A stretch of DNA of 42,078 nt, taken from positions 1 through 42,078 of the forward strand of contig JAHLWS010000058.1 of NCBI GenBank assembly GCA_019057795.1, given 5' to 3'. Source of the DNA: Promethearchaeota archaeon (GTDB lineage: Archaea > Asgardarchaeota > Lokiarchaeia > Sigyniarchaeales > SOKP01). Positions within the stretch are counted from its first letter, which is position 1. The number at the start of each line of letters is the position of its first letter. A program made the translations under genes and the position numbers. Positions 1 through 10,223 of the stretch are shown here, piece after piece. A model generated the notes under the pieces. It searched no databases. It saw nothing but the letters and a program-made list of their open reading frames with translations, and was not told the DNA's origin.

Positions 1-57
1 AAGCTCTACACCAGTAATATCTTCACTTGTAAGAAAATACAACACTTTTTTACCCAT
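1..57 (-). CDS. N-terminus of a probable DsrH/TusB-like sulfur relay protein (runs off window)
   Basis: ATG at 57 gives MGKKVLYFLTSEDITGVEL; GGAGG SD upstream; follows dsrE- and dsrF-like genes on the same strand. Confidence 0.55.
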   Translation of the reverse strand, partial: MGKKVLYFLTSEDITGVEL

Positions 58-72
58 CTTTTTTCAATCCTC

Positions 73-417
73 CTAAAATGGTATGGTTACGGTTGAATCC
101 GCAATCATTTTTAATATTTCTTCATGTTCTTTGATTTCTACAGCGTCTATTAGGTCGTCCTTTGTAAGACCAAGCTCATCAAGCGATTTTTTATCTACAA
201 AAATATCTAAATCGATATTTTTTATAAACTCGATATGCATAGAATACATAGTTTTATCGACGTCCTTAGTAAAGGTATATACAGCTTCGTTAATTGCAAT
301 AGTAATTGGATCAAAGTCAGCACTAACAGCAACCGTCATTCTCAATCCTTCGACAGGATAAAGCGTTCCATGAGGTGGTTGCCGTAAAAGGATAACTACA
401 TTTTTTTCTTCTGACAT
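73..417 (-). CDS. DsrF/TusC-like (DsrE-family) sulfur relay protein
   Basis: ILLRQPPHGT..EGLRM N-terminal motif, VDKKSLDELGL, 114 aa, no Cys. Confidence 0.8.
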   Translation of the reverse strand: MSEEKNVVILLRQPPHGTLYPVEGLRMTVAVSADFDPITIAINEAVYTFTKDVDKTMYSMHIEFIKNIDLDIFVDKKSLDELGLTKDDLIDAVEIKEHEEILKMIADSTVTIPF

Positions 418-428
418 TTTTTATCACC

Positions 429-788
429 TTAACAAATTACTATAAGTTTTTCTGTTTCTTCTATAATCTTCGCGAGATCAGGCGTTCCTGCTCGCTTCAC
501 GTCGCCGCATTCCTTTGTCAAACAGTTTTTCATAGTACCTCTGACTAAAAGACATAGATTACATAATCTGACGGTGGCTCCTTTATTTAAAATCTCTCTA
601 AACCCTTCTTCGATGTTAAAGATACCTTCAATTTTCTTCTGCTTATCTAAGAGGGCGTTAACGGCGTCCATATAGCAAAAGATGCGTACATCAAATCCTT
701 TATCTAATGCCGCGTTAGATATCTTAACAACCGTTTCAGCAGCTTGCGTTTGGTAAGGTCCATCAAAAAAAAGAATTCCTAGTTTCAT
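429..788 (-). CDS. DsrE/TusD-like sulfurtransferase
   Basis: DGPYQT, FCYMDAV, CNLCLLVRG with the conserved DsrE Cys. Confidence 0.85.
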   Translation of the reverse strand: MKLGILFFDGPYQTQAAETVVKISNAALDKGFDVRIFCYMDAVNALLDKQKKIEGIFNIEEGFREILNKGATVRLCNLCLLVRGTMKNCLTKECGDVKRAGTPDLAKIIEETEKLIVIC

Positions 789-814
789 TATTTTTAAACT
801 CCTTGTATACTATT

Positions 815-1873
815 TTATTTCCTCATGAAAAGCAAATAAGCTAGGAACCAGGCGCCTAGTATAATAAACGCAGTGGATACTAAACTACCGACAGATAAAA
901 GTGGAACTCCGCTTAGGGTATTCCCAATATTACAACCCATTGCAACTACTGCTCCAAAACCCATTGCTAATCCACCAATAAATTGGATTAATATCCTTTT
1001 TCCATCTTTAGGGCTTCTTAATTTAAATTCACCAGCTATCATCGAACTAATAAAAGCACCGATTACAATACCTAATACTAAGAATACTTCCCAGCTTAAT
1101 GCTGAATCAAGACCAGTAATCCAATATTTGAGCCAACCGGCCCATCCACTAGTAATCCCTAAAGCATAATTTCTACCCGTTGCTGCGGAAGATACATATG
1201 CAAACAAAGCTAAAATTCCAATTGCGCTTCCAGTAATAGCCCATGGCCATCCATTTTTAAAAATCTTCTTACCAATATCAGAAAAATCAAACATCTTATT
1301 GTCAGCTGTTTTTCTCGATTTCAACATAGGCCATATCCAAAAGTAGAGTACAACAACAATCCCAACAATCCCGATTATGAGCATAAATATTGGAGTAAGC
1401 TCTGAGCCAAAAACAGTAAGATTAGCGCCTGTTCCAACTTCGCTGATTTTATAGGTTTGTAATATCGTTTTGGCTTCTGACCATGCTCCTGATTTGGTTA
1501 TATAGGCTCCAAGCGAATATCCAAGCAATGCTACTAAGGATCCCATCATTCCTTCCCCGACTCTATATGTAGTTCCACTAGCACAACCCGCAGCCAATGT
1601 CATACCCATTCCAAAGATTAATCCACCTACAATATTTGCTACTGGTGCAAAAGGTTTAGGGTTTAACGTAATTATGTTCCCAAAAGCCATTACTGCAAAT
1701 CCAAGCATAGAAATTAAAATCGCGAGGATTACAGACTTTATAAGAGTGAATTCTTTTAAAACAATAATGTCTCTAAAAGCAGAATTCATACAAAAACGAC
1801 CGCGTTGTAAAATAATTCCAAAGATTATTCCTAGAATCAATCCAGGTAATAATACTACAAAAATATCTACCAT
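815..1873 (-). CDS. yeeE: YeeE/YedE (TsuA) family sulfur-compound transporter
   Basis: Multi-TM; QRGRFC, LAAGCASG, MGCNIG (three conserved Cys). Confidence 0.9.
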   Translation of the reverse strand: MVDIFVVLLPGLILGIIFGIILQRGRFCMNSAFRDIIVLKEFTLIKSVILAILISMLGFAVMAFGNIITLNPKPFAPVANIVGGLIFGMGMTLAAGCASGTTYRVGEGMMGSLVALLGYSLGAYITKSGAWSEAKTILQTYKISEVGTGANLTVFGSELTPIFMLIIGIVGIVVVLYFWIWPMLKSRKTADNKMFDFSDIGKKIFKNGWPWAITGSAIGILALFAYVSSAATGRNYALGITSGWAGWLKYWITGLDSALSWEVFLVLGIVIGAFISSMIAGEFKLRSPKDGKRILIQFIGGLAMGFGAVVAMGCNIGNTLSGVPLLSVGSLVSTAFIILGAWFLAYLLFMRK

Positions 1874-1892
1874 CTCTTTTTCATCCTCCTAT

Positions 1893-2126
1893 CTATTTTA
1901 TTTTTACTAAGATTTCCCATTCTGAATTGCCGACTTTATCTACAGAAAGAACTTCGTTCCCCATCGATTTCAATGTTTCAGGAATTCGCTCCGCAGAAAG
2001 AGGATAATCTATAATAATTTTCAGAATTTCTCCTGAACCCATCTTTTTAACTTTCCTCTTACTTTTAACATCAGGATAAGGACAAACCTCTCCTCTGCAA
2101 TCTAATATATCGTTTATATCAACCAT
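1893..2126 (-). CDS. tusA: TusA/SirA (YeeD-like) sulfurtransferase
   Basis: LDCRGEVCPYP (CPxP motif), 77 aa. Confidence 0.9.
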   Translation of the reverse strand: MVDINDILDCRGEVCPYPDVKSKRKVKKMGSGEILKIIIDYPLSAERIPETLKSMGNEVLSVDKVGNSEWEILVKIK

Positions 2127-2149
2127 TTTTCATCAATCCATGATTTTCT

Positions 2150-2242
2150 TTCATTTTTAAGTTTTTTTGTATTAAAATATTTCATTTTTAAGTTTTATTT
2201 TATTATAATATTATATTTTTAAGTTTTTTTGTATTATAATAT
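2150..2242. repeat. Three imperfect tandem ~30-31 bp AT-rich repeats upstream of tusA
   Basis: Units resemble ATTTTTAAGTTTTTTTGTATTA(T/A)AATAT x3. Confidence 0.55.
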
Positions 2243-2603
2243 TACAATTTGAAATGAAATAATTATATTCATATTAAGATAGTTATAAACTTTTCTTAAA
2301 AAAATTCACATAAAAGTAAATTCAATGAATTAACCATAAGATGATCATATAACTGACATAAAGAGAAAAGTTAATGGATGTATTAAAATAGGTGAAAAAA
2401 TTTTAATAACACCCATGGCAGTTCTTATTGATATAATTAATTAATGTTTATAAATTATTTCATTTTTTAATAATATCAATTTAATTATGTTACAATATTA
2501 AATGTTTTATTTAATTAAACCCAACAATTTAGAAAAACACTTTTTTAAATTAAAAAAATAAAAACAACAAGTTATGGAATGAGTTCACACAAAAAATAAA
2601 TGG

Positions 2604-3152
2604 TCATATTAATATATTTACTCCTATACCGATTAGAATAACCCCACCAATCAATTCGACTTTATTCCCGAAAAATTGACCAACTTTATTTCCAATAAGA
2701 ACTCCGAGGACGGAAAAACCAAAGGCAACAGTTCCAATTAAAATTATTGGAACTAAAATAGAGACGCTCAGAAGGGCAAAGCTTAATCCTATAGCCAACG
2801 CGTCGATGCTTGTTGCGATACCTAATAATATTAAAACTAAAAATTTGAGAGGGTTGATTTTTTTATCCTCGTCTAAGTCAGTTTTTCTAGATTCGAAAAT
2901 CATTTTAATTCCAATTACTAAAAGTAAAGCGAACGCAATCCAATGATCAATATTCGATATTAAATGTGCGATATACATTCCTCCAAGCCAACCTAAGAAT
3001 GTAAAAAATCCTTGGAAAAAACCCGTGGATGAAGCAATTTTTAAGGCGTGTTTTAATTTAACATCTTTGATAATGATTCCACTAGAGATTGAAACTGCAA
3101 AGGCATCCATTGCCAATGCAATTGCGATTAAAACTAATAAAATAAAATCCAT
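2604..3152 (-). CDS. mntP: Manganese efflux pump MntP family
   Basis: ALAMDAFAVS and ATSIDALAIG duplicated motifs, IDHWIAF. Confidence 0.92.
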   Translation of the reverse strand: MDFILLVLIAIALAMDAFAVSISSGIIIKDVKLKHALKIASSTGFFQGFFTFLGWLGGMYIAHLISNIDHWIAFALLLVIGIKMIFESRKTDLDEDKKINPLKFLVLILLGIATSIDALAIGLSFALLSVSILVPIILIGTVAFGFSVLGVLIGNKVGQFFGNKVELIGGVILIGIGVNILI

Positions 3153-3266
3153 AATTTAATTTAGAGTAAAATTTTTTTTAATCTACTTTATGAGCAAAAT
3201 AGTAAATTAAATTCTTTTAATAAACTCTATCTAATCAGAATAGAATAAGGATTTTGTGAGAAATAA

Positions 3267-4280
3267 ATGACTTTTCAAAATAATGATAAGAAAAAAATTA
3301 GCCAAGAACTAGATTTGGGAAAGAAATCTGTTGTAATTAAAGTTTCTAACCTTGTTAAGAGATTTGAGGATCTTATCGCTGTAAACGATGTTTCTTTTGA
3401 AATTTATGAAGGAGAAATCGTAGGTATTCTTGGTCCTAATGGTGCTGGTAAAACTACCACTATTCGATTATTAACTGGTATTTTTAAATTAGAAGACAAG
3501 GCAAGCATAGAAATTTTTAACGAGGATATAACAAAAAATCTAAGTAAATATAAAAAAAACTTTGGAATCGTTCCAGAAGTTAGTAATGCTTTTTCGGATT
3601 TTACTGTATGGCAAAACCTTAAGTTTTCAGGCGGTATATATGGTTTTCCAAAGGAAAAGATTGAAAAGCGCTCAAAAGAACTACTAGAACAATTTGGTTT
3701 AATCGATAAAATGCATTCTAAAACAAAAGCACTATCAAAAGGGCTTAAGCAGCGTCTTAATTTTTGTTTAGCGTTACTTCACGAGCCATCTATTCTAATT
3801 CTTGACGAGCCTACAAGTGGTTTAGATCCAATTTCCGTTAAATTAATGAGAAACCGTATTCTTCAATTGAAAAAGGAAGGTAAAACTATCTTAATTACTA
3901 CTCACGACATGCAAGAAGCACAAACCATTTGCGATAGAATTTTAATTATGAATAGAGGAAAGATCATTGCTGATGAAAGTCCTGATAAAATTCGCGAACG
4001 ATTTAAATCTACATCTACGATCCTATTTAAAATTGATGGTATTTTATCTAACGAGCAAAAAACTTCCTTGATGGACACATTCGATAGTATTAAGGAAAAA
4101 AACGAATATTACTCTATATCTAGCTACGACGTTTTAAAAGATATATCTAAGTTATATAATTATTCTAAAGAAAATAACTTAGAGATTTCTGATTTTAAAG
4201 TGAAAGAAACATCGTTAGAAGAAGTGTTTATCCATCTAATAAAAGAAGATTCAATTTCTATGGGAGGATTAGAAAAATGA
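3267..4280 (+). CDS. ABC-2 exporter ATP-binding subunit
   Basis: GPNGAGKTT, LSKG signature, ILDEPT, H-loop. Confidence 0.93.
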   Translation: MTFQNNDKKKISQELDLGKKSVVIKVSNLVKRFEDLIAVNDVSFEIYEGEIVGILGPNGAGKTTTIRLLTGIFKLEDKASIEIFNEDITKNLSKYKKNFGIVPEVSNAFSDFTVWQNLKFSGGIYGFPKEKIEKRSKELLEQFGLIDKMHSKTKALSKGLKQRLNFCLALLHEPSILILDEPTSGLDPISVKLMRNRILQLKKEGKTILITTHDMQEAQTICDRILIMNRGKIIADESPDKIRERFKSTSTILFKIDGILSNEQKTSLMDTFDSIKEKNEYYSISSYDVLKDISKLYNYSKENNLEISDFKVKETSLEEVFIHLIKEDSISMGGLEK

Positions 4281-5080
4281 TAAGCGATAGTCTAAATAGA
4301 ATTTGGATATTAAGTAAGAAAAACATCTCGCTCTACATAAAAAGAGGTCCCGTTTTAATTTTTGGGTTGCTATTTCCTTTCTTTATGACGCTTTCTTGGG
4401 CTATTGGTAGAGCCATCCCCATAAATCACGTATTTATTGGAATTGTATCTATGACTTCTTTCTTCACCGCAACAGCAATCAGTCCCGTAGTGCTCCCTAT
4501 TGAAACTCGTGAAAAATCGTTAGAAAGAATTTTAGTCTCTCCAATTTCATTGAACGAAATTTTATTGGGGATAGTCATCGCTTCGACTCTATATACACTA
4601 ATAATTACAACAATAATAACCGTTATCTTTATCCTATTGTTTTCAATAGTGTTTAATTCAATTGCAACGATCTTTTTAATGTTTTTAGGGATTGTTTTAA
4701 TGTCAATCCTAGGATCTCTATTGGGGGTTTTAGTTGCAGCATATCCTACAGATATGACTTCTAATGTGATGATTATCATGAATCTTATTAAGTTCCCTAT
4801 ACTATTTGTGAGCGGCATTTTTATTCCTCTTCATGGTTTGCCCCCTTATTTATTATTTTTATCCTTTATTTCACCAATAACCTTTCTAACGGACTTATTA
4901 AGATTCTGCGTAGACGGAAGCAATTTCTTTGCGTACCAATTTGATCTCGTCTTGCTAACCTTGTGGGTTGTTGTATTATTTATTTCAGGATATTTTCTAC
5001 ATAAAAAAACAATGCCAAAAAGGTTAGCAGAAACAAAAAAAATAAAAAAAAATAAAAATCAAAAAAAAATGAACAAATAA
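4277..5080 (+). CDS. ABC-2 exporter permease
   Basis: Six hydrophobic segments, LERILVSP, SGIFIPL; ATGA overlap with the ATPase. Confidence 0.88.
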   Translation: MISDSLNRIWILSKKNISLYIKRGPVLIFGLLFPFFMTLSWAIGRAIPINHVFIGIVSMTSFFTATAISPVVLPIETREKSLERILVSPISLNEILLGIVIASTLYTLIITTIITVIFILLFSIVFNSIATIFLMFLGIVLMSILGSLLGVLVAAYPTDMTSNVMIIMNLIKFPILFVSGIFIPLHGLPPYLLFLSFISPITFLTDLLRFCVDGSNFFAYQFDLVLLTLWVVVLFISGYFLHKKTMPKRLAETKKIKKNKNQKKMNK

Positions 5081-5101
5081 AATGGAAGTGTTGTCAAAAA
5101 A

Positions 5102-5401
5102 ATGAAAGATTTTCTGTCAGATTTAGAATTTTTGTCAGGTGAACCTCTGTTAAAGACGATTATTAAATCAAAAATGTTTAATATTAATCGCGTCTGCTTA
5201 GAAACAGGATTCGAAATAGAACCACACCCAGAACCTTACGCTGTATTTTTTTTAGTGTTAGAAGGCTCTGGAATATTTACAAGTGAAGCTGGAGAGGTCA
5301 CCCTTGAAAAAAATGGCTTTGTATTTATTAAAGCGGACGAAATAAGAGGGATTAAAACTCTTGAAAACTTAGTGTTTTTAGCTGTTCAGGATGGGCACTA
5401 A
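5102..5401 (+). CDS. Cupin domain protein
   Basis: IEPHPEP, VLEGSG, cupin beta-barrel pattern. Confidence 0.8.
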   Translation: MKDFLSDLEFLSGEPLLKTIIKSKMFNINRVCLETGFEIEPHPEPYAVFFLVLEGSGIFTSEAGEVTLEKNGFVFIKADEIRGIKTLENLVFLAVQDGH

Positions 5402-5528
5402 AACACCTTTTTTTTATATTTTTTTTATTAAATTTACAAGTAATTTTATAGTATATTCTAATCAGATTACATCTTAAAAACCTCAATATGAAGTAAACAT
5501 ATATAGTTAAAAAACAAAGTTATTATAT

Positions 5529-5921
5529 ATGCATAAGGAAGAAATTGAGCTTTTTCTAAAACGAGCTAGAAATTTTTTGGATGGAGCTAAAGAGAGATTT
5601 CAGAAAGAAGATTGGGATTTAACTTGTTTCATGGCAGAGCAATCTGTTCAACTTTTTATAAAAGCTATAATTCTAGAAAAAGGTGGTGAAGTTCCCAAAA
5701 CACATTCAATCAGGAAGTTATTTGGATTATTGTATCAATTGACTAAAGATAAGGTATTCCAATACGATAGAAAAACCTTAATATTTCTCGAAAGTGCGTA
5801 TTTAAACTCTCGATATTTTAGCTTTGTTTATGAGAAAGAAGATGCTAAAGAAGCTTTAAAAATTGCAGTAGAGGTAAAAGATCTTGTCGAAAATGTTAGA
5901 GATGATGATAAGAACGAATGA
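5529..5921 (+). CDS. HEPN domain protein (HEPN-MNT pair)
   Basis: CFMAEQSVQLFIKA, PKTHSI, YLNSRY; overlaps MNT gene. Confidence 0.88.
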   Translation: MHKEEIELFLKRARNFLDGAKERFQKEDWDLTCFMAEQSVQLFIKAIILEKGGEVPKTHSIRKLFGLLYQLTKDKVFQYDRKTLIFLESAYLNSRYFSFVYEKEDAKEALKIAVEVKDLVENVRDDDKNE

Positions 5922-6243
5922 TATGATTAAAAATAACAAAAAATATTTAAAAAAAATTGAAAGCAGTATAAAGACTATATTAAATGATTCTCAAATTTAT
6001 TTATTTGGTAGTATACTTAAAGGAGATCTAGTTGCTGGGAGTGATATAGATATATTGATAATTGCAGATGTTCCTAAAAAGCACTTGAAACGAGCAGAAT
6101 TAATCGCAGAAATCGAAGAAAATGCCGGATTACCGCTTAGTCACCCGTTTGAATTTCATTTATTAACTCAAGAAGAACTAAATACATGGATTAGAATTTA
6201 TAAGTTTAAGTTTGAGAAAATATCATCATATCTAGAAAATTAG
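5884..6243 (+). CDS. Minimal nucleotidyltransferase (MNT); true start may be ATG 5896
   Basis: LFGS-x10-DID motif (FGSILKGDLVAGSDID). Confidence 0.88.
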   Translation: MSKMLEMMIRTNDMIKNNKKYLKKIESSIKTILNDSQIYLFGSILKGDLVAGSDIDILIIADVPKKHLKRAELIAEIEENAGLPLSHPFEFHLLTQEELNTWIRIYKFKFEKISSYLEN

Positions 6244-6296
6244 AAAATAATCTATAGAAAATGTTAAGCTTTTAGATTTATATCATTTTAAATGTT

Positions 6297-7106
6297 TTAT
6301 TCTTTTGAAATATAGTATCTAAATTTATCGTCATCAATCTGCCACGCTTCAAAAAAATCAAATACCTTCTTAGTATCCCATAAATTTTCTATATTTTCAA
6401 TACCATTATAAAGATCTGTTAAAAGAGTTTTATCACAAGGATATCGTCTATGCGAAGGGTATATCTCAACAATTCCTTGATTTTTGCACAGCTTTATCAA
6501 TTTTAAAAGAGTATCAAGAACTTGGGGGAATTTATCTAGTCTAGGCAAGAATTGATCCCCATAATAAGCTACATCACTAGTAAAAAGTTCGCCTTTAGAT
6601 GTTAAAAGACAAATAGATCCCGGAGAATGTCCTGGACAATGCAGAACTTTTACATCTATTTCACCTAAGGTAAAAAGGTCTCCATCTTTTAAAGTTTTGA
6701 TTACTTTTGCGGGAGGAATTAAAAAATTTTGTTCTTCATATATCTTTACAATTTCATTAGGAGAATCCTTAAAGTAAGATACATTATAATGCTTAGAAAT
6801 CATTTTTGCTTCATTTTCATGAACATAAACCTCTCCAAATTCTTCATTACCCAAAATATGGTCCCAATGAGTATGTGTATTTATAACTATTAATTTTCTG
6901 TTCTGGATCAAACTCTCTACTAAAGGTTTTAAGGGAAAGAGACCACACCCTGTATCAACTAAAAGGGCAGAATGAGACCCTAAAATCAAGTATAGATTCA
7001 AAGGGTCATTTGTATAAACGGGATGGACAACAGAGATGTTTTCTTTAATAACATATAAATGCTCCTTATGTTTAGAAACTTTGAAATGCTGTTGTTCACT
7101 ACTCAT
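6297..7106 (-). CDS. Metallo-beta-lactamase fold hydrolase
   Basis: THTHWDH, PGHSPGS, SD, PSH motifs. Confidence 0.9.
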   Translation of the reverse strand: MSSEQQHFKVSKHKEHLYVIKENISVVHPVYTNDPLNLYLILGSHSALLVDTGCGLFPLKPLVESLIQNRKLIVINTHTHWDHILGNEEFGEVYVHENEAKMISKHYNVSYFKDSPNEIVKIYEEQNFLIPPAKVIKTLKDGDLFTLGEIDVKVLHCPGHSPGSICLLTSKGELFTSDVAYYGDQFLPRLDKFPQVLDTLLKLIKLCKNQGIVEIYPSHRRYPCDKTLLTDLYNGIENIENLWDTKKVFDFFEAWQIDDDKFRYYISKE

Positions 7107-7161
7107 ACTTTAATTAATGATTAATTAGTTTTAATAATAATTAAAAAATATCATAATTATC

Positions 7162-7929
7162 ATGGCAGACTATAAATTCTGGCTAACTAAAATCGAAGAT
7201 GGCATCTTTTGGCTCTATCTTAATAACCCTGATAAAAAAAACGCATTTGATCTTAAGGTTGTTAATGAATTGGACCAAATCCTAGAAGAAGAGATAAAGC
7301 AAAATTTAAACTTAATTCGCGTATTAGTATGCACTACTTCTATGGACGATATTTTTACCGTAGGGCTTGACATTAAATGGCTCGTAACTCTGGACGAATC
7401 TAAAGCAAAAGATATGACAAGGAAGTTACAGAAAATTTTTGGTAAGTTTGAAAGCATTTCAATCCCCGTTATAATGGCTATAAAGGGATTGAATCTTACG
7501 GCGGGATTTGAACTTATGTTGTGTGCAGATATTATCATTGCTGCCGATAACGCAAGATTTGGGCAAGTTGAGACAAAATGGGGTATGACACCTGCTGCAG
7601 GAGCAACTCAAAGATTAATTCGTTTAGTAGGACCTTTAAAAGCAAGAGATATTATATACACTTCAAGGATCATCGACGCCCAAGAAGCTTTGAAAATGGG
7701 TTTGGTTAATGAAGTTGTCCCGTTGATGGAGCTTGAGAATCGAGCCAAAGAAATGGCAAGAATGATGATACAAAATTCAGGTAGAGCAATTGCACTTTGT
7801 AAGCGATTGATTCAAGAGGGAATATATAATAACGAAATGGGGTTTCAAATGGAAGGAGAAGCTTTTCACGAGCTTTTTACTTCTGGAGAACCTAAAGAAA
7901 AATTAAAGGCGTTCTTAGAAAAAAAATAA
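7162..7929 (+). CDS. Enoyl-CoA hydratase/isomerase family protein
   Basis: NNPDKKNA, GFELMLCAD, FGQVE, GATQRL. Confidence 0.9.
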   Translation: MADYKFWLTKIEDGIFWLYLNNPDKKNAFDLKVVNELDQILEEEIKQNLNLIRVLVCTTSMDDIFTVGLDIKWLVTLDESKAKDMTRKLQKIFGKFESISIPVIMAIKGLNLTAGFELMLCADIIIAADNARFGQVETKWGMTPAAGATQRLIRLVGPLKARDIIYTSRIIDAQEALKMGLVNEVVPLMELENRAKEMARMMIQNSGRAIALCKRLIQEGIYNNEMGFQMEGEAFHELFTSGEPKEKLKAFLEKK

Positions 7930-8054
7930 AGAAGACTATTATACCATTTGATCTGCTAAATTTAATTAGAATTATTTACTAAACTATATAATCGTTTAAG
8001 ATAGTATAATTTAAAGTAATGAAATACGAAATAAATAAATAGTAGAGGATTTAT

Positions 8055-9206
8055 ATGGATTTTTCGTTAACTGAAAAGCAAAAAATGATTAAAAAAATAA
8101 CTCGTGAATTTGCGGAAGAATATATTGCTCCAGTGGCACAAGAGAGCGATCAAAAATCTGAATTGGACCCACTTGTTTTAGAGAAGATGAAAGAATTAAA
8201 ATACTTCGGTTCTTGTATACCAGAAGAGTATGGAGGTGCTGGATTGCATAACGATACTATAAGTTTTGCGATTATAACTGAAGAGATAGGACGAGTTGAT
8301 GCGTCTTGGGCCATAACTACGGGCGTTCACGCGAGCGTGTGTGCTTATCCTATTTATAAGTTTGGAACTGAAGAACAAAGGCAAAAATTTCTAATTGACC
8401 TTGCGAAAGGTAATAAAATAGGTGCTTTCTGTTTAACTGAAGCAAATGCGGGCTCTGATGCTGGAGGCGTTCAGCTAACTGCAGAGAAAGATGGAGATGA
8501 TTATATACTAAACGGCAGTAAAATTTTCGCGACGAATGGTGGGATATCAAAAACGCTCTTAGTAGTTGCTAAAACAGGCGAAAAGGATAAAAGAAAACAA
8601 CTAACTGTTTTTATAGTAGATACTGATACATCTGGTTATTCAGTAGGTGTGAAAGAAGATAAGTTAGGTGTTCGGGCGTCTAACACTTCCGAATTGGTAT
8701 TTCAAGACGTTAGAGTTCCCGAAGAAAATATATTGGGCGGACTTGGGAGTGGATTTAGGATTGGTCTTCAAATCTTAGATTACGGTAGAATTTCCATAGC
8801 TTCTCAATGCGTAGGGCTAGGTCAAGCTTGTTTAGAAACGGCCATTAAATACGCTAACGAGCGGGAACAATTTGGACAAAAAATTTCGCGTTTTCAGGGG
8901 ATTCAGTGGAAAATTGCTGATATGACAACTGACATAGAATCTGCTCGGTTGTTAACTTATAGAGCCGCGTGGATGTGCGATCAAGGAATGGACTATGGAT
9001 TGTCTGGAGCTATGGCTAAACTTGTAGCTTCTGAAGCTGCAATGAAAGCAGCCCACCAAGCAGTTCAAATTCATGGAGGATATGGTACTATGAAGGCGTA
9101 CGCCGTTGAAAGATACTTTCGGGACGCAAAGATGGGAGAAATCTATGAGGGTACATCAGAGATACAAAGATTGGTTATCGCTAATCATATGTTAAGAAAA
9201 AAATAA
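8055..9206 (+). CDS. Acyl-CoA dehydrogenase (butyryl/short-branched chain type)
   Basis: FCLTEANAGSD, LNGSKIFATNG, QIHGGYG, IYEGTSEIQR. Confidence 0.95.
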   Translation: MDFSLTEKQKMIKKITREFAEEYIAPVAQESDQKSELDPLVLEKMKELKYFGSCIPEEYGGAGLHNDTISFAIITEEIGRVDASWAITTGVHASVCAYPIYKFGTEEQRQKFLIDLAKGNKIGAFCLTEANAGSDAGGVQLTAEKDGDDYILNGSKIFATNGGISKTLLVVAKTGEKDKRKQLTVFIVDTDTSGYSVGVKEDKLGVRASNTSELVFQDVRVPEENILGGLGSGFRIGLQILDYGRISIASQCVGLGQACLETAIKYANEREQFGQKISRFQGIQWKIADMTTDIESARLLTYRAAWMCDQGMDYGLSGAMAKLVASEAAMKAAHQAVQIHGGYGTMKAYAVERYFRDAKMGEIYEGTSEIQRLVIANHMLRKK

Positions 9207-9399
9207 TTTATTTTTTCAATTTTTTAATATTTTATAGAGATTCTATTTTTAATTTTTTTAGATTTATTTCAAATAAGCTTAAAAAAATCTATAACTATGA
9301 TAAATTTAATAAGATTTTATAATGTCTTTTAATAATTTGATATAACATAACGACGATTTAATTCTATCTAACTATATTAAAAAATGGATATTTGAAACC

Positions 9400-10209
9400 A
9401 TGAAAATCTTTGTTTGTATTAAGCAAGTACCAGGTATTTCTGAGGTCAAAATAGACCCAAAAACCAATACATTAGTAAGAGAAGGAATACCATCAATTAT
9501 AAATCCACACGATAAGCATGCGATCGAATTAGGGCTTTCAATTAAGGAAGGGTACGGTGGTGAAGTAATAGCAATAAGCATGGGACCTCCCCAGACGGAG
9601 CAAGCTTTACGAGAAGTATTATCAATGGGCGTCGATAAAGCGTACCTTTTAACTGATAGAGCTTTTGCTGGGGCAGATACGTTAGCTACATCACACACGC
9701 TAGCCTTAGCGATTAAAAAAATATTGACAGAAGTAGATAAAGGCGAAAAATACATAGTGATCTGTGGAACTCAAGCAATTGATGGAGACACTGCTCAAGT
9801 AGGACCAGAATTGGCAGAAGAGTTAGGGATCCCTCAAATAACATATGTATTAAAGTTTCAGTTAAAAGGCGAAGATCTTGTTGTTGTAGAGCGGGTGTTT
9901 AGAACTGAAGAGGTAGTTGTTATTGAAACAAAGTTACCAGTATTAATTTCTGTATTAAAAAATATAAATAAGCCGCGAACTCCAAGCATGGGAGGAATTG
10001 TAAAAGCTTATCAGGAAAAGGAAGTTCATTTTTTAAATTCTGAAGATTTAGGCGCAAATAAAGCAGATGTAGGGTTAAACGGATCGATGACGGAAGTTTG
10101 GAAAATATTTATTCCGCAAAGAAAAGGAGATCATCTCATCTTGGAAGGCACTATAGAAGAAATGGTTTCTGAATTAGTTAATAATCTAAAAGACGATAAA
10201 GTTTTGTGA
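9400..10209 (+). CDS. etfB: Electron transfer flavoprotein beta subunit
   Basis: VCIKQVP, ADTLAT, GTQAIDGDTAQVGP. Confidence 0.95.
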   Translation: MKIFVCIKQVPGISEVKIDPKTNTLVREGIPSIINPHDKHAIELGLSIKEGYGGEVIAISMGPPQTEQALREVLSMGVDKAYLLTDRAFAGADTLATSHTLALAIKKILTEVDKGEKYIVICGTQAIDGDTAQVGPELAEELGIPQITYVLKFQLKGEDLVVVERVFRTEEVVVIETKLPVLISVLKNINKPRTPSMGGIVKAYQEKEVHFLNSEDLGANKADVGLNGSMTEVWKIFIPQRKGDHLILEGTIEEMVSELVNNLKDDKVL

Positions 10210-10223
10210 AAGGAGGTTTGAAG

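Noticed and set aside
2150-2242. CRISPR array
   Set aside because: Contiguous low-complexity repeats without unique spacers; no cas genes
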